Positions 13,446 to 26,739 of a DNA stretch of 64,000 bases are shown here, piece by piece; the stretch's first letter is position 1; each line of letters begins with the position of its first letter. The notes beneath the pieces are model-generated. The model did not search any database, had not been told where the DNA came from, and saw nothing but the letters and a program-made list of their open reading frames with translations. Source of the DNA: Camelus dromedarius (taxonomy: Eukaryota); contig NC_087437.1 of NCBI RefSeq assembly GCF_036321535.1, forward strand, positions 7,936,001 through 8,000,000, in the 5' to 3' direction. The position numbers were made by a program, and so were the translations under genes.

Positions 13446-13967
13446 CATGTCACTAAAAGCAAACAAATTTATGGCTACTAGAAATCACTATCCTACCCAT
13501 TTTGGAATGACTAATTTATTCAAATATTTATGAAGCACTAAATAAGAGCAGGGGACTATACTTGGTGCTATGTGACAGGACTTCTTTTCCTCCAGGAGCT
13601 TTCTATTCAGAGAAGAGAGAGAAATAACCCACCAATAATTCATGCACACTGCAGTGCAATTAAATAACATGGAATAATAAACAACAATTGTTACAGAAAT
13701 ACTGTGGTTGCAGCATCACTGTTACAGAAGTTGGAAGGAGGATCACTTTTGGCAGTAAAAACCAGTTATGAAATATTCTATTGCCCCTACCCTGTGTCCT
13801 GAAACAACTTATATATTGATAGGCATTAACTAGATCAGCGGAGGCAGATAGGGAAATAGCAGAGGCATTAGGACAAAGGCATAGACAGAAGTGGGTTCTA
13901 ATCCCATCCCAGTTCCCTCATTTACAGATTGTGTAAGACCACGGGCAAGTCACTCAGAGTAATCAAC

Positions 13968-14465
13968 TGTTGGGTTTGTTTTCCTGGCCCTGCTGTCCTC
14001 TTCAAATCAAAATTATTATGGGAAGTGGGTGGACCCTTTCTTTCCTGAATCCAAACTTGAAGCAATGGTGGAAGTAACCAGCCTTAGCACCCAATCCCCT
14101 GCCCCTTTCATTGGTCCAGAAATGGGCACGTGGCTCATACCCGACAACTCAGTTATCGCCCATGTCTCATGAGAGGAAAAACTCTTGAGTTAAAGAGCTG
14201 CCAAGGGCCATGCTCCCAGCCATACTGCAAAAGCCAACGTGAAAGAGTAAAGCTGATACACAGAAAAATGCAGGGAGAGTAAAGAGGCAGTAGGAGAATG
14301 GGGCCCTGCAGCACTGTTCTCTCTTGTTCTGGAAAACTCTGACTCTCAGCATTGTCCCTGCCCTTTTCACGGTTTGGGCATTTATGCCAGTTAATTCCCC
14401 ATTTTGCCTATAGTAGTTCACACTGGGCTTTGGTCATCTGCAATCAAAAAAGCCATGACTAATAA
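13968..14465 (+). mobile_element. Ancient MaLR LTR (MLT1J/K-like) inserted into a MIR
   Basis: cattggtccagaaatgggcacgtgg and the terminal gtcatctgcaatcaaaaaagccatgactaata. MIR-like sequence flanks both sides (13860-13960 and 14466-14545). Confidence 0.65.
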
Positions 14466-15139
14466 CGTTTCCCACACTGATCTTTGGTTTTCTGACTACA
14501 AAATTGAAAATACAAATATAGAACACATAAGTTTGTAATAGGGTGGAATTCTTTACTACATGTGGAGACAATTGTTCAATATTAATTCTTAGCTAGTGTC
14601 CCATCAGAGTGTGTATTTACATTACCCAGTCAAGGATTCTCCAAAATAGGATTGATCTATATTGCCTCTGACTTTACACAGCAGCTGGGCAATCCGTAAA
14701 CCTTACACCCATCATGCAATAAAGGCAAGGGATAAACTGATCTCAGATATTTCCCATCTGAGATCAGTCTATCGCTTCTTTTTCCCTAGTCGGCTCTCAT
14801 TCCAAACCCATTCTCCTTTGATTCACCAGATTGTTCCCCATCCCAAATTTGATACTACCTCTGATCTGTTACTGGATTTCATGCTTGTCCTCCACAGCAC
14901 TGTTATTTTCTAATATCCCTAAAGAATTTTTTCACCTGTTACACCTCAGATAACCATCCTTCTTCCCAGAGGTAAATTAAGCATATACTTAATTTGGCTT
15001 CTTGAATTTCAACCCTTGGCAACAGATGTGTGGTCAACACATCTCCTGGTTTAGTTACTAAGCCAGTTCTCACCCTTTTCCAAGGAAAGAGTTCAAACAG
15101 CCTCATATGACCTCCAAACCACCACAAGATTTAACAGTT

Positions 15140-15380
15140 ATAGCTTAAACTCATTGAGCACTTAAGTGACAGGTTCTGTGCTGAGCTCCAAGTTTATGTT
15201 ATTTCATTTAATCCTTGTTGCAACACTATACTGAAAGTCCTCTTATTTTCCCTAGTTACTAGACAAAGAAATTGAGACGAGAACATTTATATAAAATTTT
15301 TCAAGATTTTATAGCTAGTAGCCTAGAGAGTTCAAATTTAAACTCATACAGTTTGATGCTAGAGATTACATTCTAAACAC
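15140..15380 (-). mobile_element. MIR SINE
   Basis: cattgagcactta..caggttctgtgctgagc..ttatttcatttaatcct..gacaaagaaattgagac. Confidence 0.7.
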
Positions 15381-16447
15381 TGTGAAAGGATATGAAATAA
15401 ACCATATCTCCAGATTTCACCTTCACCCCATCCTCCCTTTTCCTACTCCCACCAAATCCAAGTTAGAATAAGAATTCTCTTAAGCTGTATCTTCTTGTGG
15501 ATTAATTCTTAATTCTTATTACCATGAATATTGGTACACAAGTTTGCTTAAAATTTTGCATTATATAGACTCAAACTAAGAGAAAAACAGTACTTTTTTT
15601 TTCACCTCTCTCACCCACTATAGGGATATTTTCATCCAAGGAAACACAAAAACATATTCATGTGAGAGGAAAACTCAGGCATCAAAAAAGAGATTTGCTT
15701 ATGAGAAAGTTGGCAAAAGTCAGAAAGATTGGCTTGTCAAATTAAAAAGTACAACAAATTTAAAGGGAAAAACTGAAATTAGCAGGGTTATATAGTTTAA
15801 CATTAATCTATTCATAGTAGAAAAACACCTTTCTCACATAATTATATTCACAAAGGATGTTACCTGTCTTTAGAAATCAACTTCGCAGAAGTCAGGGTTA
15901 CTTTGCTAGGGAGTGAGTAATTTAGAGGAAATGTTCAAAGCTTCATTTATTTAGGGACCAGAACTAGACAGGGTGACCCTGTTATTTCTAGTGTGTCTCA
16001 TTCTGGGACATCATGGATATGTTCATTCATAATGGTGGCAGGACAAATGTTCGTTTTGGCCTGTTCACATTGGCTTTGATTGACATGGCTAGGTGGCTCT
16101 AGACAACAGTTAGGTCATTTGGGTAACCTAGAGGATAAAGAAAATACCTTGAGACTGACTCAGAAACTGTATCATTGATAAAGTGGTTATTGCTATTAAC
16201 ACTTCATGGAAGGAAATGTTACAGGGAAGGCATTTTAATGAGCTCAGACACCTCTGTTTATCCTCAGTTTAAAGAAGACAGCATAGTTCTACTGAAAGAA
16301 CATGGACTCAGGGAGACTGGACCTGAGTATTGACTCCGTAAATTCCCAGAGTTTGATGTTGATAAAGCCACAGCATTGGGGGTGATACGAAATACAATGA
16401 TTTCTTTTGTTAATGGGGCTTTTGTGCAAGGACATATGGAGAATAGT

Positions 16448-16655
16448 TGTATTAATCAGGGTACAATCAAAAAAGCATACCTCCTAGGAGACATATGTAA
16501 TAAAAGACTCATTATAGGGATTTGATCTTACATAATCATGTGGGTGGTTAAGCAGTCTATTTAAGGCTAATGTTACTGTGTCTGGTTCTGGAAACTGAAG
16601 CCTATAGGGAGGGCAATTAGAAAGGAAAAGTGGATTTAAAGTGGAAGAAGCAGTA
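16448..16655 (-). mobile_element. ERVL-class LTR fragment (MLT2-like)
   Basis: Starts tgtattaatcagggt and contains ttatagggatttgatcttacataat. It is cut by the following L1. Confidence 0.45.
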
Positions 16656-17135
16656 GAGAATATATAAAGAACTCCTACAACTCAACAACAAAAAGCCAAA
16701 CAACCCAATTAAACAAGGGGGTAAGTTTTGAGACATTTCTCAAAAGAAGATACATAAATAGCCAGCACACAAAGGAAAAGATGTTCAGTTTCACTAATCA
16801 TTAGGGAAATGCAAATCAAAACTACAATGCGATACCACTTCACATCCATTAGGATGGCTACTACCAAAACAAAAACAAAAACCGGAAAGCAGAAGATAAC
16901 AAGTATTGTTGAGGATATAAAGAAATTGAAACACATGCTTTGCTGGTGGAAATGTAAATGGTGTAGTAACTGTGAAAAAAAAAATATGATGGTTCCTCAA
17001 AAAATTAAACATAGAATTACCAGTTAATCCAGCAATTGTGCTTCTGAGTATATCACCAAAAAAAAAAAAAAAAACAAAAACAAAAACCACAGTAGGCTCC
17101 CAAAGAAATATTTCTAAGCCTGTGATCATAGCAAT
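16656..17135 (+). mobile_element. L1 ORF2 3' region (L1MB-like fragment)
   Basis: ORF 16809-17027 ([17 protein letters not shown]...CWWKCKW) is the L1 ORF2 C-terminal Cys-rich region. Confidence 0.9.
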
Positions 17136-17332
17136 ATTTTTCTAGCGCTATCGAGATATAATTGACACATAACGTTATGTAAGTATAAGATGTCCAATGT
17201 GATGATTTGATACACATATATATTGCAAAATGATTAACACAAAAGCCTAGAAAACACCTCTATCATGACACATAATTACCATTTTTGTGTGTGTGGTGAG
17301 AATATTTTAAGATCTACTCTCAGCAGCTTTCA

Positions 17333-17563
17333 AGTTGACTCTTGAACAGCTCAGGGGTTAAGGGTGCCAACCCACTGTGTAGTCAGAACTCTTATTAAAC
17401 ATTTCCAGTTGGCCCTCCGTACCCACAGTTTCTATCTGCAGTCTTGAATTCATGAATTCAATCAACCATGGATCATGTAGCACTGTATTACTTATTTACT
17501 GAAGAAAAATTGCATATGAGTGGACTCACACAGTTTAAACCTATGTTGTTCAAGGATCAACTG
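17333..17563. mobile_element. Second Tigger2-derived MITE nested in L1
   Basis: TIRs agttgactcttgaaca ... tgttcaaggatcaactg followed by TA. The internal sequence is colinear with the copy at 10991-11233. Confidence 0.85.
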
Positions 17564-18326
17564 TATATAATCAGTAATGTTATCTGTAGTCACTGTGCTG
17601 TATATTATATCCCCAGAGTTACTCATCTTATAATTGGAAATTTGTACCTTTTGACCAACATCTCTCCATTTCTCCCGCCCCCCCAGTCTTTGGCAAGCAC
17701 CAATCTGCTCTCTGTTTCTATGAGTTCAGCCTTTTTTAATCCTACATATAAGAGAGATCATAAAGTACTTACCTTTCTATTTCAGACTTGTTTCACTTAG
17801 CGTAATGCCCATTAACATCATCTTGTTGCAAAAGGCAGAGTTTCCTTCTTTTTTATGGATGAATACTATTCTGTTGAATACATACATCACATCTTCTTTA
17901 TTCATTCATCTGTTGACTGACACAGAGGTTGTTTCCATGTCTTGGCTATTGTGACTAATACTGCAGTGAACATAGGGGTGCAGATAACTCTTTGAGATAG
18001 TAATTTCATTTCCTTTGGATATATACCCAGAAGTGGGGTTGCTGGGTCATATGGTAGTCCTATTTTTAATTTCTTGAGAAACCTCCATACTATTTTCCAT
18101 AGTGACTGTACCAGTTACATTGCCACTCACAGTGTACAAGGGTTCCCTTTTATCTACATCCTCACCAACACTTGTTATTTGTTGTCTTTTTGATAATAAC
18201 CATTCTCACAGGTGTGAAGTGATATCTCTTTGTGGTTTTGATTTACATTTCCCTGATGATTAGTGATGTTGAGCATCTTTTCTTTTACCTCTTGACTTGA
18301 ATGTCTCCTGTAGAAAAATATCTATC

Positions 18327-18824
18327 CTGGATAAAGAAGATGTGATTATATATATATAATATACACATACATACTACTCAGCCATAAAAAAAAAAAGAAT
18401 AAAATAATGCTATTTGCAGCAACATGGATGGACCTGGAGATCCTCATTCTAAGTGAATTAAGTCAGAAAGAGAAAGAAAAATGCCATGTGATATAGCTTA
18501 TATGTAGAATCTTAAAAAAGGACACAAATGAACTTATCCACAAAACAGAAACAGACTCACTGACATAGAGAACAAACTTACAGTTACCAAGGGTTAAAGG
18601 AGGTAGGAAGGGATAAATTGGGAATTCAAAAATTGCACCTGTTGGGGAGGAATGGGAATGTTAGTTATCTTGATTGTGGTAGTGGTTTCATTGGTATATA
18701 CATCTATCAAAATTCATCAAATTGTACATCTGAAATATGTGTAGTTTACTGTACAGGAACCATACCATGATAACGGTGTTTAAAAAAAAGAGAAATATAT
18801 ATAGTGCACAACTAAAAACAAGGA
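18327..18824 (+). mobile_element. Short chimeric L1 3'-end insertion with 15-bp TSD
   Basis: Flanked by agaaaaatatctatc (18312-18326) and agaaaaatgtctatc (18825-18839). Contains tttgcagcaacatggatggacctggag. Confidence 0.85.
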
Positions 18825-21800
18825 AGAAAAATGTCTATCAAGTTCCCCTGCCCACTTTTTAATCAGATTGTTTTATTGCTTTTGAATTATATGATTTCCT
18901 TGTATAACTTGGGTATTAAACCCCTATAAGATATATGATTTGCAAATATTTTCTCTCACTTCATATTTTGCCTTTTCATTTTGTTGATTCTTCAGCTGTG
19001 CAGAAACTTTTTAGTTTGATGTAGTCTCATTTGTGTATTTTTGCTTTTGCTTCTTGCAGTTCAGTGTCATATCCAAAAGGTATTGCCAAGACCAAAGTCA
19101 AGGAGATTTACCCTTATGTTTTCTTCTAGGACTTTTATAGTTTCAGGTCTTAACATTTAAATCTTTAATACATTTCAAGTTAATTTTTGTGAGGAGTGTA
19201 AGATAAGGATCTAGTTTCATTCTTTTGCTTTGAAATACCCAGTTTTCCAAAACATCATTTACTGAAGAGACTATCCTTTACACATTGAGTATTTTGGCCC
19301 CCTTGTCTGTATTAGTTGACTGAACATGTATGGTTTATTTCTGGGCTCTGATTCTGCTCCATTGGTCTGTGTGTCTGTTTTTATGCCAGCACCATACTGT
19401 TTTGATTACTATAGCTTTGTAATATAGTTTTAAATGAGGACATGTGATGCCTCAGCTTTGTTCTTCTTTCTTAGGGTTGCTTTGGCTATTTGGGGTCATT
19501 TGTGGTTCTGTACTAATTTTTGGATTATTTGTCCCAGTTCTGTGAAAAATACAATTGGGATTTTGATAGAGATTGGATTCAATTTGTAGGTCACTGTGGG
19601 TAGTATGGACATACCAATAATATTATTTCTTCCAACCCATGAACACATACGTCTTTCCACTTACATGTCTTCATTTTTTTTCATCAGTGTCTTATAAATG
19701 TCAGTGTACAGATATTTTATCTCTTTGGTTAAATTTATTCCTAAGTATTTTATTGTATTTGATGCTATTGTAAGTGGGATTATTGTCTTTATATCTTTTT
19801 ATATGGTTTGTTTTTAATATGTAGAACTATAGAAATGCAGTTGATTTTTGTGTGTTGATTTTGTACCCTGCAACTTTACTGATTTGATTTATTAGTTCTG
19901 ATAGTCTTTTGGTGTAGTCTTTAGGATTTTTAATATAAAAAAATCAGCAAAAACACAGAAAATTATACTTCTTCTCTTACCTAGATGCCTTTTATTTCTT
20001 TTACCTGCCTAATTGTTCTGGCTAGGACTTCAAGTATTATGCTGAGTATGAGTGGTGAGTGTGGGCATCCTATCTTATTCTTGATCTTAGAGAAAAAGTT
20101 TTTAACCTTTCACTTTGAGTTATTCATTTAAAACATTTAATAATCATTGAGTTCTTTTAAGTTATTCATTTATAATTTTACTAGATTATGGTCAGAAAAA
20201 TATGGCTACTTAAATCTCTACTTATAAAAATATGTCCAAGTGTATGAATGTTTTATGGACATATAATAGGCTTTGTTGGTTCAAAAAATTCACAGCTAGC
20301 TAAGTGGGTAGATAGAGAGTGATAGATACTCTGTAGTGTCAAGCTCTTCTCTGTTTTCTCTCTTCTTCCTCATTCCCCAATAGCAGTCTCTTTTGTGATT
20401 CTTTGTGTTGAGTTATAACTCTCTCTTGCTTATTATCTTCAGAGGTGGTCTTGAGTGATACACTCTCTGAATTCCTGCATATCTGAAAATATCTTTTTTT
20501 TTTTCCATCCTAACAGGTCAGTGATAACTTAGCTAAATATAGTGTTCTTGGGTTTTGTAGTAGTCAGTAGATACCCTTCACAACGAAGGGCCAGTGTTGT
20601 TTATGTGAAGTTTCGGGGGCCACCTTTAGAAGAACAGTAATGAAATGTATAGTGCCAAACCAGTGACAGGAGAAGACATACAACCAGGAAGCTTCCAGTA
20701 ATCCAGAAAATAACAAGAAAATAAGAATGAGAAAAATAAGAATGAAAAATAAAACAAAAACATACAATAGGATTAATAAGTCCAAACATATGTATATTGT
20801 CAAAAGACTCAGACTGGGGAGAAGGGCAGTGCTCAATAAATAAATTAACTTATATGGAAGTTTCACTATGCAGTACCTGATTAATTAAAAATAAATGTGA
20901 TAAAATGTTAACCATAAGTGTAGACCTGTGCTACACTTGGCTTATTAGTTTGACTTTTAGCCAGTAATTAGCATGGATGATATTTGTGAGTATTCAAATA
21001 ATTTCTCAAGAAAAAGACATTAAATTTCCTCCATAATTTGTAGCTTAATGAAATTTCTACTATTTGAGAAATTATTTCAATTGCCAGAAAAGCCATTCTG
21101 AGTAGCCTCATTTTAAAATTGTTGTCAATGGCTAAAGACACTGTGTAGAGTTTGTATTTTGTTCTTAATATGAGAGCACTTTCCTTAGTAAAGAGATTTC
21201 CAAAGAATGTTACCCATCAATCTAATTATTTAAAATCAAATAGTACCCTCTTGACTTGCATTATAATTTCAGAAATAGGAACCATTTCTTATGGCTCGTT
21301 AATTGACTGTGACTTCTATTCAATAGGTTTAAGATTCTTTACTAACTGATTGAGCAGTAAGCAAATAATTGCCTGCCCAGAGAAAAGAATATATTAAAGG
21401 AAATCTGTATACATTCATTTTAGATTTGGGTATTCCTTAAGACAGCTGTCCCTTAATAATTCAAGTTTGAGTTTTCATGTAATTTTTTTTCTTGGTAGCA
21501 CACATTTATGCCCTATTTTTGGCTTTGTTTTCCATTCCCAGTTTGGTAATGGCTCCCATAGCAGGGGTCCAATGTAGGGATCATTTCACACCACACGGAA
21601 GTACAGCCACTGAAGTGAACTATTTCACATCCAAGAAAGGCTGAGAGGACTTTCAGTCACTCAAGCTGTTAATTTCCCAAAGGGGATTTAGTAAGGGCAG
21701 TGAAGTTCATGGATTTGGACAAAACTTAGTGAAGCTTTAACACTGATCAAGAGCTCAACTTTGGCATTCTTATTTTAAGGCTAGAAACAAAGCCAAGAAA

Positions 21801-21869
21801 AGGCTGTTTCAGAGCAAATAAAGTCAATTCTAAAAGGGAGGTCCTGATAGAATTGCCATTTTTCAGCTC

Positions 21870-23445
21870 CAGTGTATTCTTAACTTCTTTACACTTGAAA
21901 TTATAGAGAAAATTCAAAAATTTTTACGTGAGTTATATCCATTAATATTTACAGTATTAGAAATTAAAACAGAAAATATGTGAAATATTTATTATTCAAT
22001 TTTTAAATATATTTATTGCATGTTAGCATAAGTAATGTACTTTATGAAAAATAGCATCTTAAGAGTAGTTAGCCTAGATATAAACACCATGGGGCAAAGA
22101 CTGTATCTGCATTTGGAAATACCTGTATTTGTAATCAGATTTCATTATGAATAAAAATAAGTATCTCTCTTTAAAAAAAATCTGTATTTCCCCAAACAAA
22201 AAGACAAAGAGAAGTAGCATCATTTTACATTTTTGCAAATCCCTTTAATATCTAGCTTAATAAAAGACAGCTGGATTTTTATATCAGCTTCTGCATTCAG
22301 CCAAATGCTGTGTGTTTTTTGGATTGAAGTATATGAAGAAAATGAGGCCTCATAGAATTATGTAATTGGAAAAAGGAATATTTTAACAGCTTTTTCAGAT
22401 ATTTGTGGATTTTGTTCTTTGATGCTGTGTCAAAACTCAACAAGTGGGTAGTTTCTTAAAGGTAAGTTACAATGAGGAATCTGAAACAGTCTCAGTGAGC
22501 TTTGCATGTTCTGTGACATCAAAATCCATTGGTCTTTCTTGCACCCTGAATGGCTCTCTTAAACATGAATAATTTTGTAACATCATAAGATGGTCATTTG
22601 GGAAATACTTGTTCTCTGATTTATGTAGATCTTCCAAATGTTAACACATTTTATTATAGAATACCAAAAAAATAATATTAGTTAATATTACCACTGATCT
22701 CATCAGGAAAGTCTTTGGGAAAATGTCAAGATCACATAACAAGGGGAAGGGTATAGCTCAAATGGTAGTGTAAATGCTTAGCATGCTCAAAGTACTGGGT
22801 TCAATCCCCACTACCTCCTCTAAAAATAAATAAGTAAGTAGACATAGTTACCTCTGTGCCAAAAAAACCAAAACCAACACCAACAAATCACATAACAGAT
22901 ATAGGTTCTCTAAAATTCTGATTTTCACATGAAAATTTGAGCGGCAGCTTACTTCACTTATTTTTGAATAAATATTTGCCAGATACCCAATTCTGAATAA
23001 CCATAGGTTGTCAATAGATCTTTCAAGTAAAAATGGAACTTCCAGGCTGCATGAAAAAAGCTTTAAACTCAAAGCACACAGGTGCTTTATGCATACTTCC
23101 CATTATGTAACCCTGAATATTTTTAAAGTGTACTCTAGGGTGATTTAATAAGATTAGCAATTTTACTAGTTCATAAAGGACTTTCTTAAGTAAAATTGAC
23201 ATTCGTGAGTGTGCAGCAATGAAGCATACAATGACTGCTGACTAATACAGTTTGGTGGAACTGCCTTGATTTGTATTAGACACCAGCAGTTTTCATACCA
23301 CAGGTTTTGCACCATCAGCATGTATATCAACACAATGCAAAAGGCAAATACCGTCTTACTATAAAAATAGCTTTAACCTCACAGACTTCCTGAAAAGCTC
23401 TTGAGTATCCCCAGGGGCCTGTGGACCGTATTTTCAGAACTGCTG
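21870..23445 (-). mobile_element. Charlie1-family hAT DNA transposon fossil (internally deleted)
   Basis: Ends ccccaggggcctgtggaccgtattttcagaactgctg, the reverse complement of the Charlie1 terminus. Internal hallmarks: tttacatttttgcaaatccctttaat..aagacagctggatt and gaagtatatgaagaaaat. Confidence 0.8.
22743..22886 (+). mobile_element. tRNA-derived SINE (camelid Vic-1 type)
   Basis: ggggaagggtatagctcaaatggtag (A box), gggttcaatcccc (B box), A-rich tail, and 11-bp TSD atcacataaca (22731-22741 / 22887-22897). Confidence 0.9.
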
Positions 23446-24389
23446 TTCCAGAGAATTCCAGTCCTATTAAGTGCCAGTCCAATTGGTGCCAGTCTTAAAA
23501 AGCCTTTTTAAGAAGGATCTGATTTCTTTGGTTTTAGCTTTCCTTTCAGGATCTAGCTGAGGACTGGAAAACTGGAATTCTTAGTTACCTGATGACATGG
23601 GGACACCCAGATATTCTCAAATTAGAGAGAAAAAAACGTTAATTTGTTCTGAAAACTCTCTTATTTCACAGACAACATAAACTGAAGCTCAAAGAATTTC
23701 CACTTAAATCTTAGAACCGTAGAACTGAAAGTCTTTTAGATCACCTAGTTGAACCTTCCTCCTAAATGAATTTCATCCTTCTTAGATGAGAACTCCATCA
23801 GTGGTAGATAGTTCACTGCCTCAGGGGACATTATTGCATTTCAAACTGGTAACAATTCAGGTATTCTTCTTTAGATTGAAATAAGCAAGTCTTAGAAATA
23901 CTTCATAATGTAACATGTTCTGTTTCCTAAGACCATCTTAGCTTCTTCAGAAAAGCATAATGGTAGTTTATGGTGACCAGATAGCTTGTAAAACCTGTAA
24001 GTCTTTCACATGAATTGTTATCAATTCATCATCAATGTTGTCTATTCAAGCCCCTCTTTGGATTGTGCTATTGATATCTTTCTCTAATGATTAGGTTTTA
24101 AAATTATATTTCATATGGATCACTTTGATCCATTGTCCAGCTTCTCATGATCAGTTTCAGTTTTGATTTGTTCAACACTGTATTACCTATATGCAATTTG
24201 TGTCATTAGCAATATTGGTATAGGGGTCAACCATGTCTTCGTCTAATTTTGTTTCTAATAGGATAACAACAGAGAGGAGGACAGAGGGCTATGACCTGAC
24301 ACTGGAGGTACTCATTTATTCAGTCACATTTGTTAAGACTTTATGGTACTGTTCTAGGCCCTTAGCTAATTACCTAACATAAGAGAGGA

Positions 24390-24850
24390 GAGAAAGGAAG
24401 GGACAGGAAGTCTATTAAAGCTCAGGCCCCCTTCACAATTTCTGTGCACCCTTCTCCAATATCTATGCTTTTGCTTTCAATGGCCTACCCCACTACCCTC
24501 TTCATAAACCTTCCTTAGGCTCCAGGAGTCACTTTGCTTGTTTTTCCTACAAGGACAGAGAACCAGAAGGACCTAGGAGTTCATGTCCTCCAAGAATGCT
24601 CATTTCCAATGATTTACCAGTGGAGCTCCAACTCCTTTGACTTGGGCTGCGAAAAATAAGAGGTGTAAGATTCAGAGCTCTCAACAAAATCAGGACGAGC
24701 CTCATCTGAAATTACACCCTTGCTCATCTTCCTTCTCTGCACCTGTCCTGCTCCCCCCCACTCTCTTTCTCCTGGGAAAACTTTCTTATAAAATCACCTG
24801 CATGCACTCCTTCCCCCAGTGTCTGCTTCTGGGGAACCTAACCTAAGGCA
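24390..24850 (+). mobile_element. ERVL solo LTR (LTR16-like) inserted in an L2
   Basis: Terminal aaatcacctgcatg..gtctgcttctggggaacctaacctaaggca. L2-like sequence lies at 24310-24365 and 24851-25200. The 5' boundary is approximate. Confidence 0.65.
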
Positions 24851-25828
24851 TACTATCTTGGGGCTGGATGCTAAGAAACATTTGCAACAGTGAGCAAATG
24901 AAACACAGACACTGCCGCTTGAATCTCATGGTCTAATGAAGAAGATGGGACATGGAATTGAATTTGTGTAGACTCTCAGGAGTCTCTCAGGAGACAAACA
25001 CTGCCTTGGGAGACGCAGCACATAATCTTTTAGGGTGGCAGTTGTCAGAGGTGGCTCACCAAACGAAGCAGCATTGAAACTGAGACCAAAAGCTAAACAG
25101 GGGTTATCCATGCAAAGGGCAAAGTGGAAAGTGCCAAGGGAACATCAGATGCAAAGGCCAAAGGGGAGAGAGTGTGCAGCTGGATCATTTAGTGAAGAAA
25201 TCTGTACACAGCCTTTGTGTTACCATATTGTCCTGTAATTCCAAGAAAGCAGGACTTAATTTAATGAGACCCTCTGGAATGGTCATTCCTGCATTCAACA
25301 AGTATATCTGTGTATTACTGTTTCAGTATTTCATGTGCTTTACAATAGAACAAGAGAGCCCTGACAAGAACTACATTATCAAGTGCCTATTGAAATCAAC
25401 AAACCAAGACCATTTAAAGTTTAAAATCACCAAGGATTGCTTTGAGCTACAGTGGCCCAGGTAGGGTTCAGTCATTCGGCTCAAGACAGTTGGTAGAGAA
25501 GTGAAGACTACCTTCCAGTTGGTAAGTTGCAGAAGAGGGAATGGTAAGGTGTGGAAGGACAGATCCAGATAAAACTTCATCACCTCTGCAGGCATGTTCC
25601 CTGGATCATCTAGGTACCTAATCACACTTTTCTATAGACTGAACTCTTCAGAAAAAGTACTTTAATATGCCTGATGATTAGCATATGGCATGTGTTCAAA
25701 AATGTCTACTGGGTGGAGGAATTAAAGGATAAATGAAAGATGTTGTCTTTCAGGTTTTGTTCTTTTCAATATGAGCAGGTTAGCTTATGTCCAAAATCTC
25801 TAACTCAGTAGTTCCTCATTTTCTAGGC

Positions 25829-26100
25829 CAGAGCTGTCCAATGAAAATATAATAAGCTACATATGTAATTTTAAATGATCTAGTAACCACACAAAGAAAA
25901 AAGTAAAAAGAAACAGATGGAATTAGCTTTAATAACCTATTTTACTTAATTTAATATTTCAAAATTATAATTTCAACATGTAAATAATATTTTAAAATTA
26001 TTATGCAATCTTTTACATTTTTTTTCCATACTAAGAAACCCAGTGTAGTTTTACCCATGCACGTGTCAGTTAAGGCTATTTGCATAGCTACTTGTAGCTA
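25829..26100. mobile_element. MER33-like hAT MITE
   Basis: cagagctgtccaat..catatgtaattttaaat..aaaaaagtaaaaagaaacag..taatttcaacatgtaa. Confidence 0.75.
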
Positions 26101-26234
26101 ATCAGTACTCCACCAGACAACACACTTCTTACATACTCCCTCAAAATATAAAGCTAACGTTTTTCCAGTACAAGATTTTTTTTCCAATACAAGACTCCTA
26201 AGAAGCAAGAGCGTTTCAGGCACATTAGTTAGAT

Positions 26235-26426
26235 CAGGACTTCTCAATAGTGACACATGGAGATAAGATACTTCTTTCTTACGGGGAGCTTTCCTGTGCC
26301 TTACAGGAAGTTCAGCAGCATCTTTGCCTCCACTAAGAATCCTCTCCTCCAGTTTGACATCAGACATGTCTCTTGGCATTGTCAAATGTCGCCTGGGGGT
26401 AAAACTTCCCCAGTTGAAATCCACGG
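26235..26426 (+). mobile_element. MER20 hAT MITE
   Basis: cttcctgtg-like core, aagttcagcagcatc and cattgtcaaatgtcgcctggggg. The 8-bp TSD agttagat (26227-26234) / aattagat (26427-26434) fits hAT elements. Confidence 0.85.
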
Positions 26427-26739
26427 AATTAGATGATCCTTTTCAACTCTGGGAACCAGGATTCCAGGGGCTCCAGCAATCTAGCAGAAAGGTAGGTCTC
26501 AAGAAGATGCATGTCCATGAGAATTATCATCCCACAGAGGAAATTCTGCACCATAAGGGGCTTATCCTGGAATTTCTGCTTGCTGAGGCTTTGCTGATCC
26601 ATCAAAAGCACCCACAATTTCCCACCCCTGGCCATTGCAGGACATGGCATTTGGTTTGACTGGTGTTTTTCAGAGACTACACCAGAGAGAGACTTTTCCT
26701 GGCATTTTCTGTCCAGTTTCATGTCATTGTCCACCATGT

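Larger units (their letters stand above)
17136..20121 (-). mobile_element. 5'-truncated L1 (L1MA8/9-like) carrying two nested insertions
   Basis: 3' terminus gagatataattgacacataac..aatgtgatgatttgata, then continuous antisense ORF2 (e.g. taccatactgttttgattactatagctttg-like) to about 20121. Confidence 0.9.

Noticed and set aside
22743..22815. tRNA-like sequence (also 35925-36000)
   Set aside because: It continues into a SINE body with an A-rich tail and TSDs, and the cloverleaf is degenerate. It is a SINE, not a tRNA gene.
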